Source of the DNA: Amphiscolops sp. MND2022
Taxonomy: Eukaryota
Reading direction: 5' to 3'
DNA length: 64,000 nt
NCBI GenBank assembly: GCA_964187785.1
Contig: OZ076409.1
Location: forward strand, 72,170,001 to 72,234,000
Part shown: positions 14,101 to 29,094 of the stretch, piece by piece
Numbering within the stretch: the first letter of the stretch is position 1
Layout of the letters: every line of letters begins with the position of its first letter
Position numbers and translations under genes: made by a program
Notes under the pieces: model-generated
The model's input: the letters and a program-made list of their open reading frames with translations, nothing else
What the model was told of the DNA's origin: nothing
Database searches by the model: none

Positions 14101-15103
14101 TTGAGGTAAAGATCTCGCAAGCCAGCGATCACTGTCAAATGTGATTTCATCAAAAATTTACTCATTTTTGTCAATCATTATGTGCACAGAATGCGTAGGG
14201 TGCGTTTCAGCACTATAATGAGATTTTTGAATGCATCGAGTTGCTCAAGGGGTGGTACGAGTCATTTTTGTCCCATATACTACTGTATTTTCCAAAATTT
14301 TTAGCCCAATATCTGGAAATACAAACTTGACAAAATACTTTCAACTACTTTATTCAAAGGTTACAATATAGATGAACACTGTGGTTGATCAGAAACTTTC
14401 ATCTCTTTCGTTTTCCGAAATATTTTCCTTCGCATGTGTTATATTTGTATCAGAAAAAAAATCGAAACTAAAAAATACGCTATTTTGCTAATATAGAATC
14501 GCAACGATTGTGCCTAAAAACTCTTTAAACACTTCTAACGCGACTTTACGCACCCAAAATGATCGAAAATGCTATTCACAATGGTGACATGTGCTCTTTC
14601 AACGATCCTGGTTGGACAAGGTTTGCATATTTTTCAAGTACCTGTCAGCTGAATCTTGTGATAGCCTTTTAAGTTGGCCTTGTGTCAACTTGGGAAGGCT
14701 ATCACATCAAACAACCATCAACAAAAATAATTTTTGTTTATTGGATATTACAGTTGATACCTTATTTCGTGATTCTATACTACCGTTAGTATATTCCATG
14801 AGGTCACCTTACGATTGCATTCAGACTTTGATGAAAACCTATGAACTCAAAGTCACATTTATATATTTTTTGCCCAAAAAAATCATCAAAAACATCTAAT
14901 ACATATAAAATTGAGTCTTTAACTTTTTTACGTTTCAAGTTTCTGCCGTTATTAGGCCAATCAACTTCCTACAGCCACGCTCTCTGTCATACTGTACAAC
15001 GCCACATAGTGTTGCGACGTGCACGGTCTGTGGGCATGCCGAGGCATGCCCTTCGACGACGTATGCCGAATACCGCGGGCCTACGCCCGCGCTCCCCGGC
15101 TAG
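11131..15103 (+). repeat. Two family A units (11131-13118, 13119-15103)
   Basis: Junctions 11126, 13114 and 15099; collinear with the other A units. Confidence 0.93.
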
Positions 15104-16382
15104 GTGGTCGTTAGCATGGGATTTTCTTTATGAGCGTAGTCCACTTTTTTTAGGCCGGGGTAGGGTCCCGGGCCGTTACCAATTTCTTACGGAGGAAAAA
15201 TGTGAAAATCTGCGAGTTTAAAAAATTGGCCCGTACGATTTGGCTGAAAATTGGCATACAGCATCGTCTTGGTAAACAAATGACTTTGTCCTAGTGACAT
15301 TTTGCCCAGAAAATTCAAAAAGTTGGTCAAATTGAAAATTTTTTGACCGTCTAAGGCTAAAATTTGACTTTTTCGCTTTTTTTGGTCAATTTCCTCAGAA
15401 CTGGTTGATTTTGGTGAAGTAAGTCATAAGAGGTTATAAGGTCTGCAAATAGCCATCAATTGGCTTGCATAATCAGATTTTGTCAAAAGTGTTTAGTTTT
15501 TTCAAAATTTCACACTTTTTTTTCATTTCAGTGTTTTTTGATACAATTTATTGAATTTTTACTAAGTTCCACTAAATATTTTTAAAATGTTTTTAAAAAA
15601 CCTTTTTTTGCACGTTTTTGATGTTTTTTGCTCTCCCATATAGGTTTTCGCATACGTGGAACCTGAATCTGACAACGAAATAATTTTATTCCGCAGTTCA
15701 ACTTACGCCATTTTTAATAGTGAAAAATCACTCATTTTCAATCTAACGAGTGAAAATATCAGAATTTAAAAACCTAAAGTTGAGTTTAAGGCGACTTACA
15801 GGTAGAAACAAATGCTCAGAAACAAACTGATTTCTTGTATTAGCTAAAGAAAGCCTTTAAAATTCTTTTTACTTTCTTTAAATCAAAATTCGACACTTTT
15901 CATGAAATTTGTCAGTGGAAAAAATTTATCATTTTTTTAAATTTAAAACTTGCTTTGTTGGTCATTTCCGTTAGTCATTAGTAGCTGTGTAATGCTCCAA
16001 AGCCTTTCAAGTTCTTTTGACCCTATTTGAAAATTTTTGATACTGCATAATCAATCCGAGAGAACGAAACAGTTGTGTACATTCCATCTCCCTCTTGGGG
16101 GAGATGAGAATGTACTTCCTAAAGTCCAGGTACTACAGATCATATTTGGTTTTATGCGACGCCCTCTATGCTAGTGCATATAAATACAAGTTGTTTGGCT
16201 GGATTTTGCTTCTGACTTGACGTATACTGTACGTTTGGTACTGACAATACCCATCATTTACATAACAAACGTCAACGCCACATACCCTCACCAACGTCCA
16301 TAGTCCGTAGGCATGCCGAGGCATGCCTTTCGACGACGCGCGCCAAACACAAGCGCGCCCGCACTTTTGCGGTAGCGGCTAG
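15104..16382 (+). repeat. Family D unit (1279 bp)
   Basis: Starts GTGGTCGTTAGCATGGG; collinear with 31436-32714; type II hairpin 16077-16115. Confidence 0.92.
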
Positions 16383-19300
16383 GTGGGCGGGGGTAATTCC
16401 CCAACAAAAAATTCGGCCGGCGGGTCGGGTCCTGCCGGCCGTCCAAAATCAAAATCCTCCTAGTAGAAAACGGCATGTCAAACGAGCTATTTTTTTATTT
16501 AACCATACGAATTTCACCATTTTTTGCATGCGGCCCTGAAATGGCCATACGAGACGAAGTTCCTGCTGACGTTTTGCGATGTAAATGTTTTATAAAAAGT
16601 TATGGCCGATTTGTCATTCACCTAGAAGGGTAAAATGAGGAAAATTTTAACAAAGTCGCTGATAACTCAAAATGTGTTAATTTTTGGACTTTGACTGTGA
16701 AACAAGCTTGGAACCTTCATTTCGTGGCTGGGGCATTGGACTGAACACAAAAGATGTAAAGTTTTTACGTTTTTTGAAAATTCGACATTTTTGAAATTTT
16801 TTTCACTACTATCAGTACCCCATATGTCAAAAACACCTCAGAAAAAAATTTTTATTTGCTTTAAATTGGAAACCTTGGTATCCATGGTTTCTGTCGGAAC
16901 CTACTCGCAGCCAAACACCCAACAGTTTGCATCCAATGTGAAATAAAAAATTTTTTCGAGGTCATAAGCGTTTCACAAGGTATTCATGATTTAGTATTAA
17001 ATTACATAGTGGTCATTTTAAACATAAAATTTTGGTCCAGGCATGTCGGATATAGTCTGAATGATCACGAACGGTCCTACTGGCAACGTAGGAACCATTT
17101 ATAGTAAGAAAAAGTATTAAAAAAATTTTTTCACCCGGTCTTCAGTCATTTTTCAGACATTCGGAACTTAACTTAGAATGTTTTCGAACCAAATACCCAT
17201 TTTTTGTCAGGTCGAAAATTGAAATTCAGCTATTAAAGCAAAATTTTTTACTCTGACGTAACCAGTGGGCTCCATGATACTCAAAAATACGATTGGGACT
17301 GGTACCAATGGCTCCTATATCATAAGAGCCGCGATAAGACGTTATTTTGAGCAATACGTCTCAATTGAGTTAAACATCTCGCAAGCCTGGGATCACAGTG
17401 AAATGTAATTTCAGCAAAAAATTACTCATTTTCGTCAATCACTATGTACACAGAGTGCATAGGATGAGTTTCAGCACTATAATGAGGTTTTTGAAGTAAT
17501 CGGCCTGCTCAAGGGGGTGTATGAGACATTTTTTTCCCATATACTACTGTATTTTCCAAAAATTTTAGCCCATTATCTGGAAAAACTAACTTGACAAAAT
17601 ACTTTCAATTACTTTATTCAAAGGTTACAATACAGATGAACCCTGTGGTTGATCAGAAACTTTCATCTCTTTCGTTTTCCGAAATAACTCCTTTCAAATG
17701 TGTTACATTTGTAGCAGGAAAAAAAACTGAAACTAAAAAATACGCGATTTTGCTGGGATAGAATCGCAATGGTTGCGCCTAAAATCTCTTTAAATACTTC
17801 TAACGCGACCTTACGGACCCAAAATGATTGAAAATGCCATTCACAATGCTGACATGTGCTTTTTCTACGATCCTGGTTGGACAAGTTTTGCATTTTTTTC
17901 AAGTATCTGTTAACTGAACATTGTGATAGCCTTTCAAGTTGGCCTTGTGTCAACTTGGGAAGGCTGTCACATCAAAAAACTGTCAACAAAAATACCATTT
18001 GTTTATAGGATATTGCTGTCGATGCTTCACTTCGTGATTCGATCATGTCGTGAGTTCCTTCCATCAGGTCAGCTAACAATTGGATTCAGTGTTTGATAAG
18101 AACCTATGATTTTCATAACAATTTTCGTTTTTTTTTGCAAACAAAAAGTACAAATAAATGATATAAAACATATTTGTAACCTTTAGGAAGTTTAACTTTA
18201 CCTTTATTTACCGTTACCATCGCCACCCACCCCCTACGACCTCGCAGTGTCCTCATTACAACGCCACATAGTGTAGCGACGCCCACAGTCTGTGGGCATG
18301 CCGAGGCATGCCCTTCGACGACGTATGCCAAATATAGCGTTAGCCCGCGGTCACTACCGCGGTAGCAGCTAGGTGGGCGGGGGTAATTCCCCTTCAAAAA
18401 ATTCGGCCGGCGGGTTGGGTCCTGCCGGACGTCAAATAGTGTGAAACATCCAGTAGGAAACGGCGACATAAATCAGCGATTTTAAAATTTAACCGTTAGA
18501 ATTCGGACTTGGAGTGCATGCGGCCCCAAAATGCCCATACGAATTGAAGTTCCTGCTGACGTTAAGCGATAAAAACATTTTATAAAAAGTTATGGCCCAT
18601 TTTACGTTCACCTATAAGGGTAAAATGAGGAAAATTTTTACAAAGTCGCTGATAACTCAAAATACATTAATTTTTGGACTTTGACTGTGAAACAAGCTTA
18701 GAACCTTCATTTCATGGCTGTGGCATTGCACTGAACACAAAAGATGTAAAGTTTTTACATTTTTTGAAAATTCGACATTTTTGATTTTTTTTTCACTACT
18801 ATCAGTACACTATATGTCAAAAACACCTCTGAAAAAAATTTTTATTTGCTTAAAATTGGAAACCTTGGTATCCATGGTTTCTGTCGGAACCTACTCGCTG
18901 CCAAACACCCAACAGTTTGCATCCAATGTGAAATTAAAATTTTTTTCGAGGTCTTAGGTGTTTCACAAGGATTTCTCAACTTAGTTTCAATTTACAAATT
19001 GGTCATATTGAACACAATATTTTCATCGAAGCTTGTCAGATACCGCCCTAATGCTCACTAATGGGCCTACTCGCAACGTTGGAATCGTTTATCGTAATAG
19101 AAAGTTTTAAAAAATATATTTTCACCCGGTCTTCAGTCATTTTTCAGTCATTCGGAACTTAACTTAGAAAAATTTCGACCAAAATACCCAATTTTTGTCA
19201 GGTCGAAAAATCAAATTCAGATTTTTAAGCCAAATTATTTACTCTGACGTAACTAGTGGGGCCCATGATACTCAAAAACACGATTGGGACCGGTACCAAT

Positions 19301-22300
19301 GGCTCCAATTTCATATGAGCTGCGATAAGACGTTATTTTGAGAAACACGTCTCAATAGAGGTAAACATCTCGCAAGCCTGGGGTCACAGTGAAAAATAAT
19401 TTCATCAAGAATTTACTCATTTTTGTCAATCACTATGTGCACAGAGTGCGTAGGGTGCGTTTCAGCACTTTAATGAGGTTTTTGAAGGCATCGGTCTGCT
19501 CAAGGGGTGGTATGAGACATTTTTTTCTTGTATACTACTGTATTTTCCAAACCTTTTAGCCAATTATCTGGAAAAACTAACTTGACAAAAGACTTTCAAT
19601 TACTTTATTCAACGGTTACAATATAGATGAACCCTGTGGTTGATCAGAAACTCTCAACTATTTTGTTTTCCGGAAAAAATCACTTCGCATCTGTTACATT
19701 TGTAGCATGAAAAAGAGCAGAATCTAAAAAATACGCAATTTTGTTAAGATAGAATCGCGTTGATTGTGCCTAAAAAGTTAATAAACACGTCTGACGCCAC
19801 CATACAGACCCAAAATGATTGAACATGTCAATCAGAATGCTGACATATGTTCTATCTACGATCATGGTTGGACAATTTTTGCATTATTTTCAAGTACCTG
19901 TTAACTGAATCTTGTGATAGCCTTTTAAGTTGGCCTTGTGTCAACTTTGGAAGGCTATCACATCAAAAAATTATCAACAAAAATGCTTTTTGTTTATACA
20001 ATGTTGTATTCGATAAACATTTTTGCGATTCTACGCTACCGTTAGTACCTTCCATGAGGTCAGCTAACGATAGCATGCAGTCTCTGATAAAAAATTATGA
20101 ACTCAATTTCATTTTTCTAAAATTTTTCTTAGAGAAAAGTACAAATAAATAAAAACAAAATAAAATTCTAATCTCAAACAACTATAAATTGTTTGTTTTT
20201 CACCGTAATCAGTTTACGACCCATCACCCTATGTCACGGCACCGTCATTAGTACAACGCCACATAGTGTTGCGACGTGCACAGTCTGTGGGCATGCCGAG
20301 GCATGCCCTTCGACGACGTATGCCGAATACCGCGGGCCTACGCCCGCGCTCCCCGGCTAGGTGGGCGGGGGTAATTCCCCTTCAAAAAATTCGGCCGGCG
20401 GGTTGGGTCCTGCCGGACGTCAAATAGCAGAAAATACCTATTAGGAATCGGCGACACAAAATCGCGTTTTTAAAATCTAACCACAATTTTTCGGACTTGG
20501 AGTGCATGCGGTCCTGAAATGCCCATACGAATCGAAGTTCCTGCTGACGTTAAGCGATTGAAATAATATATAAAAAGTTATGGCCCATTTTTCACTCACA
20601 TAGAAGGGTAAAATGAGGAAATTTTTAACAAAGTCGCTGATAACTCAAAATGTGTTAATTTTTGGACATTGACTGTGAAACAAGCTTGGAACCTTCATTT
20701 CGTGGCTGTGGCATTGCACTGAACACAAAAGATGTAAAGTTTTTACATTTTTTGAAAATTCGACATTTTTGAAAATTTTTTCACTACTATCAGTACCCCA
20801 TATGTCAAAAACGCCTCAGAAAAAAATTTTTATATGCTTTAAATTGGAAATCTTGGTATCCATGGTTTCTGTCGGAACCTACTCGCAGCCAAACACCCAA
20901 CAGTTTGCATCCAATGTGAACATAAAAATTTTTTCGGGGTCATAAGCGTTTCACAAGGATTTCTCAACTTAGTATTAATTTACAAAATGGTCATTTTGAA
21001 CACAATATTTTCATCGAGGCTTGTCGGCTATAGCCTTAATGTAGTAGAACGGTCCCACTGGCAACGTAGGAACCATTTATAGTAATAGAAAGTTTTAAAA
21101 AAATATTTTCATCCGGTCTTCAGTCATTTTTCAGTCATTCGGAACTTAACTTAGAAAAATTTCGACCAAAATACCCATTTTTTGTCAGGTCGAAACTTCA
21201 AATTCAGGTTTTTAAGCAAAATTATTAACTCTGACGTAACCCATGGGGCCGATGATACTCAAAACAACAATTGACACTGGTATCAATGGCTCCAATAACA
21301 TATGAGTCGCGATAAGACGTTATTTTGAGCAATACGTCTCAATTGAGGTAAAGATCTCGCAAGCCAGCGATCACTGTGAAATGTGATTTCATCAAAAATT
21401 TACTCATTTTTGTCAATCACTATGTGCACAGAATGCGTAGGATGCGTTTCAGCACTATAATGAGGTTTTTGAAGGCATCGAGTTGCTCAAGGGGTGGTAT
21501 GAGACATTTTTGTCCCATATACTTCTGTATTTTCCAAAATTTTTAGTCCAATATCTGGAAATAAAAACTTGACAAAATACTTTCAACTGCTTTATTCAAA
21601 GGTTACAATATAGATGAATACTGTGGTTGATCAGAAACTTTCATCTCTTTCGTTTTCCGAAATATTTCCCTTCGAATGTGTTATATTAGTAGCAGAAAAA
21701 AAAACGAAACTGAAAAATACGCTATTTTGTGAATATAGAATCGCAATGATTGTGCCTAAAAACTCTTTAAACACTTCTAACGCGACCTTACGCATCCAAG
21801 ATGATCGAAAATGCTATTCACAATGGTGACATGTGCTCTTTCTACGATCCTGAGTGGACAAGGTTTGCATATTTTTCAAGTACCTGTCAGCTGAACCTTG
21901 TGATAGCCTTTTAAGTTGGCCTTGTGTCAACTTGGGAAGGCTATCACATCAAACAACCATCAACAAAAATAATTTTTGTTTATTGGATATTACAGTCGAT
22001 ACTTTTTTTCGTGATTCTGTACTACCGATAGTATATTCCATCAGGTCACCTTACGATTGCATTCACTCTTTGATAAAAATCTATGAACTCAACGTAACAT
22101 TTATATACTTTTGGCCCAACAAATTATCAAAAATATCTAAAATATATAAAATAAAGTCTTTAACTTTTTTTCGTTTCAAGTTTCTGCCGTTTTTAGGCCA
22201 ATCAACGTCCTAGAGCCACATCCAGTCATACTGTACAACGCCACATAGTGTTGCGACGTGCACGGTCCGTGGGCATGCCGAGGCATGCCCTTCGACGACG

Positions 22301-24330
22301 TATGCCGAATGCACTGCGGCGACGCCCGCAGTCCAAGGCTAGGTGGGCGGGGGTAATTCCCCAACAAAAATTACGGCCGGCGGGTTGGGTCCTGCCGGAC
22401 GTTCAAATAGCGCGAAGCATCTAGTAGAAAACAAGGAGTCCTGAAACAGCGATTTTAAAATTGAACCGTTAGAATTTGGTTTTAGATTGCATGCGGCCCT
22501 AAAATTCCCATACGAATGGAAGTTCCTGCTGGCGTTAAGCGATTGAAATAATATATAAAAAGTTATGGCCCATTTTTGGGTCACCGAGAAGGTCAAAATG
22601 AAGAAAATTTTAACTAAGTTGCTGATAACTCAAAATGTGTTAATTTTTGGACTTTGACTGTGAAACAAGCTTGGAACCTTCATTTCGTGGCTGTGGCATT
22701 GCACTGAACACAAAAGATGTAAAGTTTTTACATTTTTCGAAAATTCGACATTTTTGATTTTTTTTCACTACTATCAGTACACTATATGTCAAAAACACCT
22801 CTGAAAAAAATTATTATTTGCTTAAAATTGGAAACCTTGGTATCCATGGTTTCTGTCGGAACCTACTCGCTGCCAAACACCCAACAGTTTGCATCCAATG
22901 TGAATTTAAAATTTTTTTCGAGGTCATAAGGGTTTCACAATGTTTTCATAACTTAGTATTAAACTACAAACTGGTCATTTTCAACATAATATCTTTGTCG
23001 AGGCATGTCGGATATAGTCCTATTGCTCACGAACGGTCCTACTGGCAACGTAATAACCATTTATAGAAATGTAAAGTTATAAAAAAATTTTTTCACCCGG
23101 TCTTCAGTCATTTTTCAGTCATTCGGAACTTAACTTAGAAAAATTTCGACCAAAATATCCATTTTTTGTCAGGTCGAAAAATCAAATTAAGATTTTTAAG
23201 CAAAATTATTAACTCTGACGTAACCCATCGGGCCCATGATACTCAAAACAATGATTGACACTGGTATCAATGGCTCCAATAACATATGAGTCGCGATAAG
23301 ACGTTATTTTGAGCATTACGTCTCAATTGAGGTAAAGATCTCGCAAGCCAGCGATCACTGTGAAATGTGATTTCATCAAAAATTTACTCATTTTTGTCAA
23401 TCACTATGTGCACAGAATGCGTAGGGTGCGTTTCAGCACTATAATGAGGTTTTTGAAGGCATCGAGTTGCTCAAGGGGTGGTATGAGACATTTTTGTCCC
23501 ATATACTACTGTATTTTCCAAAATTTTTAGCCCAATATCTGGAAATACAAACTTGACAAAATACTTTCAACTACTTTATTCAAAGGTTACAATATAGATA
23601 AACACTGTGGTTGATCAGAAACTTTCATCTCTTTCGTTTTCCGAAATATTTCCCTTCGCATGTGTTACATTCGTAGCAGAAAAAAAAATCGAAACTGAAA
23701 AATATGCAATTTTGCTAAGATAGAATCGCAATGATTGTGCCTAAAAACTCTTTAAACACTTCTAACGCAACCTTACGCACCCAAAATGATCGAAAATGCT
23801 ATTCACAATGGTGACATGTGCTCTTTCTACGATCCTGGGTGGACAAGGTTTGCATATTTTTCAAGTACCTGTCAGCTAAATCTTGTGATAGCCTTTTCAG
23901 TTGGCCTTGTGTCAACTTGGGAAGGCTATCACATCAAAAAACCATCAACAAAAATAATTTTTGTTTATTGGATCTTACAGTCGATACTTTTTTTCGTGAT
24001 TCTATACTACCGTTAGTATATTTGATCAGGTCACCTTACCATTGCATTCAGTCTTTGATAAAAACCTATGAACTCAAAGTCACATTTATATATTTTTTTG
24101 CCAAAAAAAACATCAAAAATATCTAAAATATATAAAATAGAGTCTTTAACTTTTTTACGTTTCAAGTTTCTGCCGTTATTAAGCCAATCAACTTCCTACA
24201 GCCACGCTCTCTGTCATACTGTACAACGCCACATAGTGTTGCGACGTGCACGGTCTGTGGGCATGCCGAGGCATGCCCTTCGACGACGTATGCCGAATAC
24301 CGCGGGCCTACGCCCGCGCTCCCCGGCTAG
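16383..24330 (+). repeat. Four family A units (16383-18372, 18373-20360, 20361-22342, 22343-24330)
   Basis: Junctions 16378, 18368, 20356, 22338 and 24326; lengths 1982-1990 bp. Confidence 0.93.
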
Positions 24331-27300
24331 GTGGGCGGGGGTAATTCCCCAACTAAAAAATCGGCCGGCGGGTAGGGTCCTGCCGGCCGTCCAAAATCAA
24401 AAATATACTAGTAGAAAACGGCCGGTCAAACGAGCTATTTTTTTATTTAACCGTTAGAATTTGGGTTTAGATTGCATGCGGCCATGAAATGGCCATACGA
24501 ATCGAAGTTCCTGCTGACGTTTTGCGATTGAAACACTTTATAAAAAGTTATGGCCAATTTGTCAGTCACCTAGAAGGGCAAAATTAGGAAAATTTTAACA
24601 AAGTCGCTGATATCTCAAAATGTGTTAATTTTTGGACTTTGACTGTGGAACAAGCTTGGAACCTTCATTTCGTGGCTGTGGCATTGCACTGAACACAGAA
24701 GCTGTAAAGTTTTCACATTTTTTGAAAATTCGACATTTTTGAAATTTTTTTCACTACTATCAGTACCATATATGTCAAAAACACCTCAGAAAAAAAATTT
24801 TATTTGCTTTAACTTGGAAACCTTGGTATCCATGGTTTCTGTCGGAACCTACTCGCAACCAAACAACCAACAGTTTGCATCCAATGTGAAAATAAAAAAT
24901 TTTTCTGGGTCATAAGCGTTTCACAAGGATTTCTCAACTTAGTATTAATTTACAAAATGGTCATTTTGAACACAATATTTTCATCGAGGCTTGTCGGCTA
25001 TAGCCTTAATGTTCTAGAACGGTCCCACTGGCAACGTAGGAACCATTTATAGTATTAGAAAGTTTAAAAAATATATTTTCACCCTGTCTTCAGTCATTTT
25101 TCAGTCATTCGGAACTTAACTTAGAAAAATTTCGACCAAAATACCCATTTTTTGACAGATCGAAAATTCAAATTCAACTTTTTAAGCAAAATTATTAACT
25201 CTGACGTAACCAGTGGGGCTCATGATACTCAAAAACACGATTGGGACTGGTACCAATGGCTCCAATATCATATGAGCCGCGATAAGACGTTATTTTGAGC
25301 AATACGTCTCAATTGAGGGAAACATCTCGCAAGCCTGGGATCACAGTTAAAAGTGATTTCGTCAAAAATTTACTCTTTTTCGTCAATCACTATGTACACA
25401 GAGTGCGTAGGGTGAGTTTCAGCACTATAATGCGGTTTTTGAAGGAATCGGTCTGCTCAAGGGGTGGTATGAGACATTTTTTTTGCATGTAGTACTATAT
25501 TTCTCAAAACTTTTAGCCCATTATCTCGAAAAGCTCACTTCGCAAATTACTTTCAGTTACTCTATTCGAAGCTTAGAATATATATGAACACTGTGGTTGA
25601 TCAGAAACTCTTGACTATTTTGTTTTTGGAAAAAAACTGCCTTGCATGTGTTACATTAGTGGCAGGAAAAATACCAGTAGCTCCAAAAATCACAATTTTG
25701 GACGGACAGACCTGCAATGATGCAAAGCAAAAACGTTTCAACAACTTCTGGCGCCACTTTTTTTACCCAAGAGGTTCGAAATTACTATTAACAATGCTGA
25801 CATTCGCTATAAATAAGATCGAGGTCAATTTACTAACACTTAGGTTATACATTTATATCTGAGAAACCATTCTTTGTCAGGTCGCAATTTTAAATTTAGT
25901 TTGGGAAGCAATACTTTTCACTCTGAAGCAAACCGTTGGGCCCAAATTACTCAAAAACTACAAAAAGACTGTCACCATATGCCCTAATAGCATATGAGAT
26001 TCGACCGTATGTTTTTAACACAAAAACTCTCATCCGAAGTAAACATGTTGAAAGCCTTGAATCACCGTGAGAAATGATTTCATCAAAAAATATTCCTTTT
26101 TCGTCAATCTTTATCTACACAGAACACGTTGTGTCATTTTCAGCCGTGAAATGAGCTTCTACCGTAATATGGGTTGCTCAAGGTGTTGTATAAGACAAAA
26201 ACTTCCTCTTTTCTACTATCTTCTTCAAATATTTCAACCCTTTGTCACAAGAAGTTAATATTCAAAATCTCTTTGAAATGTTTCTTTAGGTTAGGGTGAA
26301 GTGTTAGAACAATAATTATGATCGAAGAATGATAGTATTGGTGTTTGGACCATGTCCGGATGAACAAATTGCAAAATCATGAAAAATTTCTTACCATTTT
26401 TGGTCATTTTGTCAGTACTAAAAATGTTAGCTGAAAAAGAATTTTTTTGATGGCACCATTGGATTCCTCTCAAAAAGTTAGCTATATGAACTGTGTAATA
26501 ACCCCGTATCTTTTCAATTTAAATAATTTTAAAAAGCAAACTTTTTTGACTAAAATCCTAAAAATCATACCATTTCCTAAAAAATTTCAAATGCCCCCCA
26601 TTTGACGTATAAGAATAGCACAGAAAACTATCACATACCGATCGACTCTACTTCCATTGTAGATTACCAGAATTTTGTTTAGAACAATTTTTGACGGATG
26701 CAAAAAAAATTTAAACCCTCCAAAAAAGGGCCAAAATTACACGAAAAAATTGACCTTAAAATTTTAAAATGTCGAAAAATCATCAAAACCACAGCTTCTT
26801 GGGGTTCTATCAACTCCACGTGGTCCACAGAGTATGTTAAAACAAGTTTTACCCGTATTTGAGCAATATGTGAAAAAGCCGACTTTTTTGGGAATGAAAA
26901 ACATATCATTTCCTAAAAAATTTCAAACGCACCCCATTTGACGTATAAGAATAGCACAGAAAACTATCACATACCGATCGACTCTACTTCCATTGTAGGT
27001 TACCAGAATCTTGTTTAGAACAATTGTTGACGGATGCAAAAAAAAAATTAAACCCTCCAAAAATGGGCCTAAATTACACGAAAAAAATGACCTTAAATTT
27101 TTAAAATGTCAAAAAATCATCAAAACCACAGCTTCTTGGGGTTCTATCAACTCCACGTGGTCCACAGAGTATGCTAAAACAGGTTTTACCTGTTTCTGAG
27201 CAATATGTGAAAAAACCGACATTTTGGGGAAGAAAAACATACCATTTCCTAAAAAATTTCAAATGCACGCCATTTGCCGTATGAGAATAGCACAGAAAAC

Positions 27301-29094
27301 TATCACATACCGATCAACTCTACTTCTATTGTAGATTATCAGATTTTTGTTTAGAACAAATTTTTATGGATATAAAAAATTTTTAAACCCTCCAAAAATG
27401 AGCCAAAATAACACGAAAAAATGGACCCTAAATTTTTAAAATGTCAAAAAATTATCCAAACCACAGCTTCTTGGGGTTCTATCAGCTCCACGTGGTACAC
27501 AGAGTATGCTAAAACAGGTTTTGCCCGTTTTTGAGCAGTATATGAAAAAGCCGACATTTTTGGGGAAGAAAAACATACCATTTCCTAAATAATTTCAAAT
27601 GCAGGCAATTTGCCGTATGAGAGTAGCACAGAAAACTATCACACACCGATCAACTCTACTTCTTTTGTAGATTATCAGAATTATGTTTAGAGTAAAGTTT
27701 TATGGATATGAAAAATTTTTATACCCTCCAAAAATGGGCCAAAATGACACGAAAAAATTGACCTCAAATTTTTAAAATGTCAAAAAATTATCCAAACCAC
27801 AGCGTCTTGGCGTTCTATCAACTCCAAATGACCTTCAGAGTATACCAAACCAGGTATTGCCAATCTTTTGAGCAATATTTAAAAACACCGACTATTTGGC
27901 AAGAACACCATAATATGTTCCATATAAGAAGTGAATCATTCCACATATATACCCGGTCTAATATTTCCAAATTAGCGATAACATTTATACATGATGGTTT
28001 TTGAAAGTGAGCTTCATAAGAGGTTGAGATGTAATAATACGTAAATGGACCCTAAGTTTCATTGAAATCTCAATGGAATACGTCCAATCAACTTCAATCC
28101 TAACTATTATATAAAAAAAAACACTTGAGTACATTCCATCTCCCCATCGGGGGAGATGAGAATGTACTTTTCAAAAGCTAAAAACTTCGAAATTTAAATC
28201 TTTTGTAACATTGTATGTAACTGTTGAAACGATGAACGAATAAAAATGCTTCTAGTACCTTCATCAATTTTTGCTTCAGCTCCTATTTCTGCAGAACAAA
28301 ACCAAAAGACACACTTACAGCAGTTAAGTTCGATTGTATAACTCAGTGAATAAAGGTATGACTGAGGAAGTTCACAAGTTGTTTCAAAAGTTTAAGGCCT
28401 TCCAAAATCATGAAACGTCCACACAACCAAGATAGCAAGTGAAAGAATGCTGAATGCACCTTATTAGATGAGATAAATAATGTGTGGAACTTGCCATTAT
28501 CTCAAGATGACGTTGATTTATGATCTTTTAAGGATAGTTCGATATGTGACCACAATAGTGGAAAACTTATTACTATTTGAAGAACACCGTGGAAAGCGTT
28601 CATAAAGGACAGTATTTTTGTTTCGAGCATGCATGCGTGTGTTCCTTTGGTGACGTTAGCTTAGTGTACATGACGGAGGTATTCGAGAGATTATGATAGA
28701 GTTTACTCACAAGTCTTTGTTTTTTTAAACTTTCTATGCCGTTGAGTACATTCGTAAGGTACATCCATCCCCTTCTCTGGGAATGTACGTTTGCCAAAAG
28801 ACTGTCATCCAAAATTCGTAATCCGGACGAGTTTAACTACATAAACATGTGATGAGCGTTTTCAATTCACAACCGAATAACATTTTTTTTCTCGAAAATG
28901 ATGATGGTTTTGATTTTGATGTCTTCTACTTTTATCATCATGCAAACGACCTTACCATGTCTCTCTTCTGTCGTCATTTGTACAACGCCACATAGCGTTC
29001 CGACGCCCACCGTCTGTGGGCATGCCGAGGCATGCCCTTCGACGACGTATGCCAAATGAGCCATACCCGCACTCTGGAGTGCGGTAGCGGCTAG
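24331..29094 (+). repeat. Family C unit (4764 bp)
   Basis: Same architecture as 6382-11130; subrepeats ~26560-27915; type II hairpin 28128-28168. Confidence 0.92.

Noticed and set aside
16271..16390. 5S rRNA or tRNA gene array with variable spacers
   Set aside because: GTCAACGCCACATACC only loosely resembles a 5S 5' end. I see no internal 5S conserved blocks or cloverleaf, and the arm is too variable.
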